Below are positions 19,251 through 29,788 of a stretch of DNA of 64,000 bases, piece after piece (the first letter of the stretch is position 1; every line of letters starts with the position of its first letter). Source of the DNA: Nitrosopumilus sp. (GTDB lineage: Archaea; Thermoproteota; Nitrososphaeria; Nitrososphaerales; Nitrosopumilaceae). The notes beneath the pieces were generated by a model. It was given only the letters and a program-made list of their open reading frames with translations, did no database searches and had not been told where the DNA came from. The stretch is from NCBI GenBank assembly GCA_965224195.1, contig OZ245040.1:1088001-1152000 (forward strand), given 5' to 3'. Made by a program: the position numbers and the translations under genes.

Positions 19251-19994
19251 ATGTATTATCTGTACATTGATGAAAGTGGGGATTCAGGAGATTATTTGGA
19301 TGAATTTAATAAGGTCATAGAAGGGAGTTCCAAATTTTTTACTCTGGCTGGAATCATCGTAGATGATACTCTAAAAACAAATCTGGATAATGAAATTAAT
19401 TCCATAAGTGACAGATATTTTTCAACGATTTCACTTCCAGAAAATTTCAAGATTCACTATCATCCATTAAGAAACAAACGCCCTCCATATGACAAATTAT
19501 TAGATAGTCAGAGGTTTCAATTGGCAAATGACATGTTTAAACTCATCAAAAAATCAAACTGTCATCTTTTGTCAGTTACAATAAATCTAGAACGTCATTG
19601 TAGAAAATATGGCATACCTGCCAATCCCAAAGCATATGCCATGTTGATAATACTTGAGAGGTTTCAAGATTTTCTTGAGGAAAATGGCGCAGAAGGTAGG
19701 GCAATTTATGAAAAATTCAATAAAAAAGCAAGAAAAAAAGTGGAGCGTACAATAAGAGGATTGAAGGAAATTTTACGTTTTAGACATTATAGGGAATTAA
19801 ACAACATCCGAGGTCATGTGGAAAATGGAGATCCTAAGACATCTCCAATATTACAACTTGCAGATTTTTTTGCATATGCTGTATGGATAAAACTAACTAC
19901 TTCTGATGCTTCCAAAAACAGATGGCTTTCAATCAAAGACAAGTATTATCGATTAGATTACGGTCGGTATAAAGCAGGAAATGTTGAAATCTAA
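19251..19994 (+). CDS. DUF3800 family protein
   Basis: N-terminal YIDESG and C-terminal LQLADFFAY signatures. Confidence 0.88.
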   Translation: MYYLYIDESGDSGDYLDEFNKVIEGSSKFFTLAGIIVDDTLKTNLDNEINSISDRYFSTISLPENFKIHYHPLRNKRPPYDKLLDSQRFQLANDMFKLIKKSNCHLLSVTINLERHCRKYGIPANPKAYAMLIILERFQDFLEENGAEGRAIYEKFNKKARKKVERTIRGLKEILRFRHYRELNNIRGHVENGDPKTSPILQLADFFAYAVWIKLTTSDASKNRWLSIKDKYYRLDYGRYKAGNVEI

Positions 19995-19997
19995 AGG

Positions 19998-20051
19998 CGA
20001 TTCCTGAGCTCTCTTGCGAGTCTCATAGTTAGCATTACACCAACGGAACCG
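19998..20051 (+). ncRNA. Candidate DUF3800-associated structured RNA (3-way junction)
   Basis: Hand-folded stems CGaTTCC/GGAAcCG, TGAG-ct-CTC ttgc GAG-t-CTCA, GTTaG/CcAAC; GC-richer than its flanks. Confidence 0.45.
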
Positions 20052-20465
20052 TACTAATAATACCAATCTCTATTTTTTAAAGGTTGGGAATTTTCAAACC
20101 ATTTTAAAAAATAAAGACCCATAATCATCAAAAATTTAATTTACGCACAAAAGATAACCCCCTTTCTCACAGCAGAATTTTAGTCACAACACAATTTGGT
20201 CAAACTAGGGCTTTAGCTTTTACTCACAACACAAAAAGATCATACAACTCTAGCTGAGATAGAATTGTGATGGTATTGCGTTTTGTAATTAGGTGTGATC
20301 GTTGCACACACACCTTTTTGGCATCATTCTGAGAAAATTGTAATATGCCTGTTATTCATGTTGAATTTTTGGGATTTAGCTGAACATGCATAAGAGCTAA
20401 ACCCCCTATTTTAATAATTTTGTGTTTTCTGATGTTGAATTAATCATTTCAGATTTGTCAAATGG

Positions 20466-21628
20466 TAACTTTGTTTCCTAATTATACAGTCTAGGCTCAA
20501 AATACAACCAAAAAAGATTTGGATCATAGATTGTACAATCATTTTCATGCCTGAGAAAAGATATGCTGTTCTAACGTATCATCAATCATCAGATTGTAAA
20601 TCATCACCTTGAATTTTATCACCCTTGTCACATTGCACCACACTCTGGCTGAAATATTCTCACCTAAAATTCCCTTGAATGTGGGAACTGCAATCCCTGC
20701 TGCCCAGCGTCTTCGATAACAAATGTCTTTCCTCCGCTGTCTTTGATTCTCTTTCTTTTGCACTTTTGTTAAACCATAAAATATTTTGAAATTCTCAGGA
20801 TTCATCTAGCAATTGCCAAGCTGCAACAACCCTTGCTCTTTTCTTGACTTGCTGCCCTTTGTTTTTATTGAGAAATTTTTTCTTACTGAAATTATTGGTG
20901 TGGCATTTTGCTTGTCGCATTCTTTAAAATTGTCATCAGGACCATATGCTCCATCAGCACCAACTGACAATTCTTCAGATGATACGACATTGGGAGAATT
21001 CTCAATATTTTGTAACGCTTCATCAAGTAACTTTTTGAATTCTGGTGCATCACCACAAGAATCATCAGCTGCTGATACTGCGCAAGTCTTTTTTGTTTTT
21101 GAGTCAACCATGATGTGCAGCTTTATGAATCCACGCTTTACGTTCCATTTTTCATCCGTCCAGTCCACTCTGTCTGTTGGTTCAAGTCCAGTAGAGCCGC
21201 CTGCCAAAAATACAATCCCTGTTTTTACTTTGCCATCTGAAAACCAACTCCTGCCATTGTCATCTTCCAAGTTTATTTTGTTGATTCTTTTCCAAATGGC
21301 TGAAAAGTTTGGTGAATTTTCTTTTCCCAACATGTCCTCAGCTATTCCCTGTAGTTGTCCGTATCCAGTATCAACAGTATTTCGAAACAGTGCCATTATC
21401 ATAAAGTATCTGAATAAAAAAACGGTGCTCCAACTCTGCCGTCATTTAGTTGTTCAATACACTCAGACATTATAGTATCATCAAGATGCAGAACATGGAA
21501 CTTGCCACGTGAGATGTGCCTTCTATCATCATATTTTTTTCAGACATGAAAATGATTGTACAATCTATGATCCAAATCTTTTTTGGTTGTATTTTGAGCC
21601 TAGACTGTATAATTAGGAAACAAAGTTA
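20466..21628 (-). mobile_element. Decayed IS5-like transposase bounded by 84-bp perfect inverted repeats
   Basis: 20466-20549 equals the reverse complement of 21545-21628; internal PNFSAIWKR, FIKLHI, ADGAY, YRRRW fragments. Confidence 0.88.
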
Positions 21629-21882
21629 TCTGGTGGGAACATTGTATTTATATGAGGATATGATTAGACCTACAGACCGTCCGTTGCAGACAATACAAAT
21701 GGCCTAACTTGTCACAGCATGTATTTTTCTACACTACTGCTAGCAGTCCAATTCTGATGATTTGTATTTTTCCCGGACATTGGATTGTGTCCGGTTCTCA
21801 GACGGTATCTGCAGCTCTCAACAATTGGTCGGTTTTCCTTATTTTTTACTAAAACTTGCAATGTGTTGCTGCCAATCAAACT

Positions 21883-22908
21883 CTAGGACTGTTTTTTTTC
21901 CTTCATTGTTTCAAAATAATAAACAATGGCAGCAAACACAACGACAAAAAATATTATGGAAGTTATTAGCAGATCACCAATAGATAGTTTGAGCTCGACA
22001 GGTTCGGGTGTTGGCTCTGGTGTTGGCTCTGGTGTTGGCTCTGGTGTTGGCTCTGGTGTTGGCTCTGGTGTTGGCTCTGGTGTTGGCTCTGGTGTTGGCT
22101 CTGGTGTTGGCTCTGGTGTTGGCTCTGGTGTTGGCTCTGGTGTTGGCTCTGGTGTTGGCTCTGGTGTTGGCTCTGGTGTTGGCTCTGGTGTTGGCTCTGG
22201 TGTTGGCTCTGGTGTTGGCTCTGGTGTTGGCTCTGGTGTTGGCTCTGGTGTTGGCTCTGGTGTTGGCTCTGGTGTTGGCTCTGGTGTTGGCTCTGGTGTT
22301 GGCTCTGGTGTTGGCTCTGGTGTTGGCTCTGGTGTTGGCTCTGGTGTTGGCTCTGGTGTTGGCTCTGGTGTTGGCTCTGGTGTTGGCTCTGGTGTTGGCT
22401 CTGGTGTTGGCTCTGGTGTTGGCTCTGGTGTTGGCTCTGGTGTTGGCTCTGGTGTTGGCTCTGGTGTTGGCTCTGGTGTTGGCTCTGGTGTTGGCTCTGG
22501 TGTTGGCTCTGGTGTTGGCTCTGGTGTTGGCTCTGGTGTTGGCTCTGGTGTTGGCTCTGGTGTTGGCTCTGGTGTTGGCTCTGGTGTTGGCTCTGGTGTT
22601 GGCTCTGGTGTTGGCTCTGGTGTTGGCTCTGGTGTTGGCTCTGGTGTTGGCTCTGGTGTTGGCTCTGGTGTTGGCTCTGGTGTTGGCTCTGGTGTTGGCT
22701 CTGGTGTTGGCTCTGGTGTTGGCTCTGGTGTTGGCTCTGGTGTTGGCTCTGGTGTTGGCTCTGGTGTTGGCTCTGGTGTTGGCTCTGGTGTTGGCTCTGG
22801 TGTTGGCTCTGGTGTTGGCTCTGGTGTTGGCTCTGGTGTTGGCTCTGGTGTTGGCTCTGGTGTTGGCTCTGTGAATCTATGTCGGATTACTTGATACAGA
22901 ATATGCAA
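21883..22908 (-). CDS. (PEPT)n Pro/Thr stalk protein with C-terminal membrane anchor; possibly a remnant
   Basis: PEPT repeat followed by hydrophobic [20 protein letters not shown] and a basic tail; no signal peptide visible. Confidence 0.55.
   Translation of the reverse strand: MHILYQVIRHRFTEPTPEPTPEPTPEPTPEPTPEPTPEPTPEPTPEPTPEPTPEPTPEPTPEPTPEPTPEPTPEPTPEPTPEPTPEPTPEPTPEPTPEPTPEPTPEPTPEPTPEPTPEPTPEPTPEPTPEPTPEPTPEPTPEPTPEPTPEPTPEPTPEPTPEPTPEPTPEPTPEPTPEPTPEPTPEPTPEPTPEPTPEPTPEPTPEPTPEPTPEPTPEPTPEPTPEPTPEPTPEPTPEPTPEPTPEPTPEPTPEPTPEPTPEPTPEPTPEPTPEPTPEPTPEPTPEPTPEPTPEPTPEPTPEPVELKLSIGDLLITSIIFFVVVFAAIVYYFETMKEKKQS
22007..22870. repeat. Perfect 12-bp tandem repeat (GGTGTTGGCTCT) x72
   Basis: 864 bp with no visible variant unit. 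Confidence 0.97.
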
Positions 22909-22968
22909 TTTGATTGATATATTTAATATTTCAAATTAATTTTTTCTATCATAGTATTTTGAATTCTT

Positions 22969-23247
22969 CTAAGCATGAACATCACTTCTTAAAAGAAACA
23001 GAAATAGTAAAAGAATTGCAGGGGAAAAAATAATGTACTTGAAAGGAGTCTTGTTTATCACATAAAGAGGAATGCCAATAATTCCGATTATCACTCCAAC
23101 ATACATTATCTCAAAGGGAACCATCTGACCAAGTACATAGGTTTTGTTGGACGTAAGCAAAAGTAATGCAAACATAACCGCCCCCATTCCAGTAATTATC
23201 AAAGTATTCTGCATAATTTTCTGTTTGTTCATATTTGACAGTTTCAT
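22969..23247 (-). CDS. Small membrane protein
   Basis: Three hydrophobic segments. Confidence 0.55.
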   Translation of the reverse strand: MKLSNMNKQKIMQNTLIITGMGAVMFALLLLTSNKTYVLGQMVPFEIMYVGVIIGIIGIPLYVINKTPFKYIIFSPAILLLFLFLLRSDVHA

Positions 23248-24277
23248 GTGTATGATAAAAAAGAGATCTCTAAGGAACTGTAACCTTAGAGAGAGAAGAG
23301 TTTGTGTCTGATGTGTCCATCATATGATTCCAAGTATTGGAAACATAGACATTTCCATCTGACCACGTTTTTGTTGTAGTGTCGTGACAACCTGCAATCA
23401 CCCAGCACGTATCATTAAAGTCATGACCATTACTCCAAGTGTTATCAAACTCTATTGTAGAGTTGTTCTTGATAGTAAAGGACTCGATATCGTGGATTCT
23501 ATTATACCATGCTTGTCTTAATCCATCATAGAATGCATCAAGAGTTGGTACCTCTCTTGTTATGATTCATGACCTCTAATTCTTTATGCCAGTTATCAAT
23601 AGCATCAAATGACATTATGATCTCGCCTCTTCTGACTAGTTTTTCATTGTATTGGTTCCAGTTAACCATGAGAATGGTCAGAATGTGAGATCCAAAGATA
23701 TTGTTATGAAATAAAGTTGATCAGATTGTTATTTGTTCGACAAAGTAGAGGCAATACATTTGCAGGTGATAACGATCTTTATATCGTAACTACTTCAGAC
23801 AATAGTTCCATATGTGAAAGAACTTACACATTGTATTTCTATGATGAAGATCTAGAAAGTCTGACTATCCTGATAGTCCGTTTGGATTTTAAACTGGTAT
23901 GTGATCCTATAATATAATGACTATGAAAAAATATCTATGGCATTTTTGTTTGCAGATATATTGCTAATACCGGCAAACGCTCTTACAAATGGTGCCAACG
24001 ATCTAGAAGACGATATAATGACTTCATATGATAATACCAACAAGCTAGAGCCTGTAGACAGCACGGTGGATCCCCCCATCCATTGTGATAAATTTCCACC
24101 AATCTTCTTCCACAGAGGGGACAGTTGCTATTTTCAAACAGGATTTCTTTCTCCAGTTTGCCATATGACAAGTCACCAAACCACAATGTGTGGCACACAT
24201 TTGGAATCCTAAATCAAATCCTGTCGAAATATCTATGAGTAAACTTGAAGGAAATACCAGCGCTGTAATTAAAAAAA

Positions 24278-25612
24278 TTATTTTCCAACATACTTTTTCC
24301 AGCTTTCTTTATTACTAGAATCCAATAGATTATGCAGGTTTGAAAGATGGGAATTCTTTTTTCTGAATGACAAAGTATCTCTATATTTTTGTTCAGCATC
24401 ATGAAAAATTTTTACATCCTCAACTGATTTCCACCATTTAGTAAAACAAGAAAGTCCAATCAGTTGTGGTTCTGCAGTAAGCTTGAACTGGCTTCCGTAT
24501 CCCTTCCTGCCTTTGGAAATTGTTTGAGATATGGCAATTCCAGAGTTTACTAGCTCAACTAGCATTTCTGAGAATCTCCTGTAGGAAATTCTCCTATATT
24601 CTTTTGAAAGGATTTTTTGGTACTGATTATACAACTCAGAAGTACTATGCCATTCACCACCACTAAGAAAAGTGAGACTGGATAATGCAGCACACGCCAT
24701 TCTAAAATGATGGGAACCGCCATTTATGATGGTAGTTAGTTGGTTTTTCTGTAGTTGCTTTATGGCTTCATCAATATGTTGTTTTGAAAGTTTTTTATTT
24801 TCAGTGCCAGCTAGTTCCCCGCTTGTTCTTAGCAGATCAATTGCACGTCTTACATCACCATGTTCTTCAGAACTAATTTTTGCGCAATATTTCAAGACAC
24901 CATCATCAATGAATTTAGAAAATGATTTTTTTGCTCTATTGCGGACTATTTTAAGAACATTGCTTTCTGAATATGAATTAAAATAGATTTCAGATGATCC
25001 AATTCTTGAAACAACTCTGTCATCAAGATCAAATTCTGAAAGGATTTTGTTGGATATGGTAATCACGCACATGTGATTTCGCAATGCGCGCAGGCTTTCA
25101 ACTAAAACAAGAAGATTGTAAATAAAATCAGAAGGCTTTCCTCTTTTATCAGAAAACAAAGTATCAAATTCATCAAGACACAATACAAAAAGAGATTTTT
25201 TTGACTGTGCAAGCCTGTCTTTGATTAGTTTCCCTAAAATTGAAAATGTAGAATTGATGCCTTGAGCATTTTTTAGGTTTGGGTGGCCAAGTTCAGATAA
25301 AATCAAATTTGCACATCCAAAAATGGTTTTTGATTTACGTAAATCAACATAGCAAAAATCAAGATCAAGATTCTCACATACAAACTGGATAATTGTAGAT
25401 TTTCCTGAGCCGCTTCGCCCATAAACTGAAATCAATGGAACCACAAGGCCTCTCTCATAAGACAGTAAATAATTCACCAATTGTTTTGATTCATCTTTTC
25501 TACCGATAATAGATTTTGGAACAGTTAGATTATCAAGATAAGATTTGTTAGAAAATACAGAATTTTGTTTTCTAACATCAATAACTATTTTTTGTAATTT
25601 TTGCTTATTCAA
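24278..25612 (-). CDS. cdc6: Cdc6/Orc1-like AAA+ replication initiator (island-encoded)
   Basis: YGRSGSGKS Walker A, LDEFD Walker B, GDVRRAIDLLR, C-terminal wHTH. Confidence 0.9.
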   Translation of the reverse strand: MNKQKLQKIVIDVRKQNSVFSNKSYLDNLTVPKSIIGRKDESKQLVNYLLSYERGLVVPLISVYGRSGSGKSTIIQFVCENLDLDFCYVDLRKSKTIFGCANLILSELGHPNLKNAQGINSTFSILGKLIKDRLAQSKKSLFVLCLDEFDTLFSDKRGKPSDFIYNLLVLVESLRALRNHMCVITISNKILSEFDLDDRVVSRIGSSEIYFNSYSESNVLKIVRNRAKKSFSKFIDDGVLKYCAKISSEEHGDVRRAIDLLRTSGELAGTENKKLSKQHIDEAIKQLQKNQLTTIINGGSHHFRMACAALSSLTFLSGGEWHSTSELYNQYQKILSKEYRRISYRRFSEMLVELVNSGIAISQTISKGRKGYGSQFKLTAEPQLIGLSCFTKWWKSVEDVKIFHDAEQKYRDTLSFRKKNSHLSNLHNLLDSSNKESWKKYVGK

Positions 25613-25702
25613 GATATCACATTATGTTCCACTAGAAACTCATATATATTTATAAAAGTACTTTCTAGGCGTAAAAATTTGGAAAATTCTGATTAGTTTA
25701 GT

Positions 25703-27064
25703 CTATGTAAAAGAAAAAGTCTCACGTTTGGTACCAAGTAGAATTATGCCAATCATGCCAATTGCAAGAATAATCATAGCAATGCTGCCAAATTCAGGTA
25801 CAACTATTAAAACAAATTCAGTTTCTTGTCCTGTATTTCTAATATTTTCAAATTTTATTACTGTCGGACCTGTCTGATCTTCAGTAAATGTAAATTTTTC
25901 AAATTCGCCACCAACTTGTGCCATTCCAGAGGCCCGATGAATTTCCTCTCCATTTTGAATTATTACAAATGTATAATCAGAACTTCTTAAAGGTTCATTT
26001 GTTCTTCCATCCCTAATTGTAAAAATAAAATTAGTATCAACACCAGGTTCTATATTTAAGGGATCCCATGAAAGATTTACTTTAAAATCCTCACTTTTTG
26101 TATATGCTTCTAATGGAAAAGCCGTAGCTTCACTTGTAGATAATGTAAATAAAATATTATCAGGTAATGGTTCATCTAATTTTTTCATTTCATTTTTCAA
26201 ATATCGTAAATGATCTTGTAACAAAACAAAATGAATTATTCTTTCATCATCTTCAGTATAGTCATCAACAGAAACTGAAGATTTGAATAATTCGATTCCG
26301 TTAACATATCCTGAATAACTAGGTGCGATAAACTCGACAAATTCTTTTGGAAGGTGTGTTTCTACGTGAACCACATTAACATGTGACATTTGTTTTTCAC
26401 TCCAGTCAAATGGCATTTCAAACGTGACTTGGTTAGCCTCATAATCATAATTGAAATTAGAAATTGTGTCAAAATATGACTTTGAACGAAAATCTACATC
26501 ATTATTTTCAGAGTCTTTTTGAGTAAATGATACAGTCTCAATTACGCTCAAATCAGCATTATAGATTCCCGATTCTATGATATTTGTAGGCTCATCAATT
26601 GTTCGTATCTCAATTTCAAAGTTGTATAATCCACTGGAATCAAACAAAGGTCCTATAATTTTAAGAGGATTAGATTCAGTTCCGTGCCATGCTCCAAGCA
26701 AAGAGTCTTGTTCACCATGAATTGTAATTTCATTTTCTTGGGTAGGCTTGACTTGGATTTGTAAAATGCCATCTTCTGCAAAGAAATAGTTTCTAAATAT
26801 CATTTCATTTTCATGAAATAGACCAATTAAAAAGGTGACATTTTTTGCATTTTCTTTTGTTGCATCTTCAGTAGCAGTAATTGTAATTTGTTCTTGATCA
26901 TTTTCAAAAGTCATTGGCATCTCTACAGAAATTGAGAGTTTTTTTCCTTGAATGTCTATTGAAGAAATAGTATCAAGACCAAATCCATGTCCATAAACAC
27001 TACTTGCAGGAAACAATAAACATGAAATTAATCCAAATATTACAAATTTTTTTAAAAAAATCAT
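25703..27064 (-). CDS. Secreted PEFG-CTERM sorting-domain protein
   Basis: N-terminal signal peptide; C-terminal VPEFG + TM + basic residues. Confidence 0.9.
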   Translation of the reverse strand: MIFLKKFVIFGLISCLLFPASSVYGHGFGLDTISSIDIQGKKLSISVEMPMTFENDQEQITITATEDATKENAKNVTFLIGLFHENEMIFRNYFFAEDGILQIQVKPTQENEITIHGEQDSLLGAWHGTESNPLKIIGPLFDSSGLYNFEIEIRTIDEPTNIIESGIYNADLSVIETVSFTQKDSENNDVDFRSKSYFDTISNFNYDYEANQVTFEMPFDWSEKQMSHVNVVHVETHLPKEFVEFIAPSYSGYVNGIELFKSSVSVDDYTEDDERIIHFVLLQDHLRYLKNEMKKLDEPLPDNILFTLSTSEATAFPLEAYTKSEDFKVNLSWDPLNIEPGVDTNFIFTIRDGRTNEPLRSSDYTFVIIQNGEEIHRASGMAQVGGEFEKFTFTEDQTGPTVIKFENIRNTGQETEFVLIVVPEFGSIAMIILAIGMIGIILLGTKRETFSFT

Positions 27065-27066
27065 AT

Positions 27067-27774
27067 CTATATTGCCAATAATTCCTCAACTCGCTTAATT
27101 AGTTCATCCATAGTAGTTGCTTCTAAAATTGGTTGTAATTCATTTGGATCCTTAGCCCCTATTGCAGATAATGAGTATATGTAATCAACTGTAGGTGTGT
27201 CAGTGTTTAGATAGTATTGCTCCAAAACATGATCTAACGAATGTGAATCAACAACTTGAGGTAAAGCTTGTTTGATGGTTTTCTTTTTCCATAATTCAAC
27301 TAGTGCGTCCCATTTTTCAAGAGAAATGTTCTCATCAATTTCAGGAATCATTTCAACTTCTGCTTGTATGTACATTTTTTCTCCTGTTCCAATTTTTTCA
27401 TGTATTTCAGAAATTTCTTGATGTCCTTCTACAGAAAGAGGATCATAATTTGCAGGTTGTGTAATAGATGGTGGAATGATTCTTTTAATTTTAAATGAAT
27501 TTCGTCCTAGAGTTTCTATGTGTAATTGTAATCCATCAATCTCTACATCTTCACATTTAGAAATTTTAGCAATAGTACCTACTAATTTTGGAGAATTCCA
27601 GCCATTAACAGAATTATTTTCATCAATCAAACATACACCAAATTGACCATCACCAATCATGCAATCGTCAACTAATTGCTTGTATCGAGGCTCAAAAATT
27701 CGAAGTGGAAGTTCTTGTCTAGGAAATAATACCAAGTCTAAAGGAAATATTGGAATAATTTTTGTTTCAGCCAA
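27067..27774 (-). CDS. Lon protease N-terminal (substrate-binding) domain protein
   Basis: IPIFPLDLVLFP..LPLRIFEPRY. Confidence 0.9.
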   Translation of the reverse strand: MAETKIIPIFPLDLVLFPRQELPLRIFEPRYKQLVDDCMIGDGQFGVCLIDENNSVNGWNSPKLVGTIAKISKCEDVEIDGLQLHIETLGRNSFKIKRIIPPSITQPANYDPLSVEGHQEISEIHEKIGTGEKMYIQAEVEMIPEIDENISLEKWDALVELWKKKTIKQALPQVVDSHSLDHVLEQYYLNTDTPTVDYIYSLSAIGAKDPNELQPILEATTMDELIKRVEELLAI

Positions 27775-27826
27775 CTAATCATATTGAAATGTCTCTAGAT
27801 ATATGGAATACGGATTTTCCTAAAAT

Positions 27827-28756
27827 TTAAAATCCATTCTCATTTAGAATCATACCTAATAGAGCTGCACGAGTGTGTTTTCCGTATTCTGCTTGCTCAA
27901 AGTACTTGGCATTTTTTGTTTTATCAACATCTGCAGCAATTTCATCTATTCTTGGTAATGGATGTAAAATTATGGAATCATCTTTCATTCGCTTTAACAT
28001 ATCTAATCCCACAACATAACTTCCCTTTACTTTGAGATATTCTTCATCATCAGGAAATCTCTCTTTTTGAATTCTTGTTACATAAAGGACATCAAGTTCA
28101 TCTAAATGATCTTCAATGTCACTAGATTCAGTAAAGTCTAATTTCTTTTTGATTTCATAAGTAGAGTCAGATCTTATTCTTAGTGATTCAGGGGAAATTA
28201 ATCTAACATCAACATCATAATTTCCTAGTCCATGTAATAGAGAGTAAACAGTTCGTCCATACTTTAGATCACCTACAATTCCAATTTTTAGACCATCAAT
28301 TTTTTTCTTTTCTTTTTTTATTGTATACAAATCTTGAATTGCTTGGGTTGGATGTTCTTCTGTACCACTGCCTGCATTAATTATAGGTTTATCAGAAATT
28401 TCAGCTGCAAATCTACTAGAGCCATCAAGAGTATGACGCAAAACTAAAACATCTGAATAAATGGACATTATTCTAACAGTATCAGCAAGACTTTCACCTT
28501 TTTGAGTTGATGAAGATGTTATATCAGATATTCCTAAAGAATTTCCACCAATGGATGCTATAGCAGAATCAAAGCTAAGACGAGTTCTAGTGCTTGGCTC
28601 ATAAAACAAATATCCCAAAGTATTGCCTTTACAAATCTCCCTTCTATCTGAAGGGCTTAATTTCATAATTTTATCAGTTGATGCAAAGATTGTTTCTAAT
28701 TGTTCTTTGGTATAGTCCTTAATTGAGATGATGTCTTTTTGGTAGAACTCGTTCAT
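27827..28756 (-). CDS. pyrB: Aspartate carbamoyltransferase catalytic subunit
   Basis: FYEPSTRTRLSF, HPTQ, HPLPR. Confidence 0.97.
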   Translation of the reverse strand: MNEFYQKDIISIKDYTKEQLETIFASTDKIMKLSPSDRREICKGNTLGYLFYEPSTRTRLSFDSAIASIGGNSLGISDITSSSTQKGESLADTVRIMSIYSDVLVLRHTLDGSSRFAAEISDKPIINAGSGTEEHPTQAIQDLYTIKKEKKKIDGLKIGIVGDLKYGRTVYSLLHGLGNYDVDVRLISPESLRIRSDSTYEIKKKLDFTESSDIEDHLDELDVLYVTRIQKERFPDDEEYLKVKGSYVVGLDMLKRMKDDSIILHPLPRIDEIAADVDKTKNAKYFEQAEYGKHTRAALLGMILNENGF

Positions 28757-28797
28757 TCTTTCAATAATATATACAGGTGACTATACAAAGTATTCTG

Positions 28798-29259
28798 ATG
28801 GAACAGTCCGACCTTATGGTTCGACGAATTAAGGAAGGTACAGTAATTGACCACATAGATGAAGGCAAGGGTCTTCAGGTACTAAACGCATTAAGGATTG
28901 ATGGTGGGGATGGGAGTCTAATTACCATAGCCTTGAATGTTCCAAGTGGTAAATTTAAGAAAAAAGATATTATCAAAGTAGAAAACAAGTTTCTAAAAGA
29001 TGATGACACAAACAAACTAGCAGTCATTGCACCAACTGCAACAATCAACATGATTAGAGAATACAAACTTGTTGAGAAGAGAAGAGTCTCATTGCCAAAT
29101 GAGATTGATAGAATTTTCAGATGTTCAAACCCTGATTGTATTACAAATAGTACAGAGCATATTGAATCTGTAATGGATGTGATTAACAAAGATGGAAGAG
29201 TTCTCAAATGCAGATATTGTGCACGAGTTTTGGATGTTAATCAGCTAAAATATAATTAA
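28798..29259 (+). CDS. pyrI: Aspartate carbamoyltransferase regulatory subunit
   Basis: GTVIDHI, CSNPDCIT, CRYC. Confidence 0.96.
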   Translation: MEQSDLMVRRIKEGTVIDHIDEGKGLQVLNALRIDGGDGSLITIALNVPSGKFKKKDIIKVENKFLKDDDTNKLAVIAPTATINMIREYKLVEKRRVSLPNEIDRIFRCSNPDCITNSTEHIESVMDVINKDGRVLKCRYCARVLDVNQLKYN

Positions 29260-29296
29260 ATAAAAAATCTAAAAATTGAAAAATATGCTGTTTGGA

Positions 29297-29602
29297 CTAT
29301 TGTCCTAAGATGATAAACATCATAACTATACCGTAGATTGCGATTGATTCGACCATACCTACAAAGATGAATACCTTAGATTGTAAAGCTGGGTTTTCAC
29401 TAATGACTGCAAGACCTGCTGCACCTACTTGACCAAGACCTATTCCTGCTCCACCGGCTGCAATACCAAATGCTAAACCAGCACCTAGGAGTTTCATAGA
29501 GTCGCCACTAGATGCACCATCTTCTTGAGCAAATGCAACTCCAGTTGAACCTAGAATTGAAATTGCTGATGCTGCCAAAAGTAACATGACGATAGATTTC
29601 AT
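29297..29602 (-). CDS. atpK: A-type ATP synthase subunit K (c)
   Basis: Gly-rich hairpin, VESIAIYG. Confidence 0.95.
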   Translation of the reverse strand: MKSIVMLLLAASAISILGSTGVAFAQEDGASSGDSMKLLGAGLAFGIAAGGAGIGLGQVGAAGLAVISENPALQSKVFIFVGMVESIAIYGIVMMFIILGQ

Positions 29603-29665
29603 TTACGATCAGGCTCCATGATATCCATATTTAAATCATGATAAGATAAAAAGATCAAATTCGAT

Positions 29666-29786
29666 CTAAAGTTTTCTTTTTGAATGATGTTAGATCGTCT
29701 TTAATGGATTTTACGAAATTATCATAATCTCCATTTAATTCCTTCTTAGAATTTTCAAGCATTTTTTTTATTTCTTCTTTTGCCAT
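29666..29786 (-). CDS. Short charged helical ORF inside the ATP synthase operon
   Basis: MAKEEIKKMLENSKKELNGDYDNFVKSIKDDLTSFKRK..., starts immediately after the atpD stop; 3' end approximate. Confidence 0.45.
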
Positions 29787-29788
29787 TA

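Noticed and set aside
21926-22894. Plus-strand (GSGV)n and (LALV)n ORFs
   Set aside because: Shadow frames of the 12-bp repeat; only the minus-strand PEPT frame connects to a TM anchor
23270-24212. Short ORFs 23717..23917 and 23937..24212 and a broken minus-strand frame
   Set aside because: No recognisable motifs; probably decayed island cargo and strand cannot be assigned
1900-25700. attL/attR direct repeats or a tRNA target for the island
   Set aside because: No convincing shared sequence at the two borders and no tRNA seen
29297-29602. Na+-binding c-subunit motif
   Set aside because: ES..Y is present, but the helix-1 Gln is offset from the canonical position; not decidable by eye
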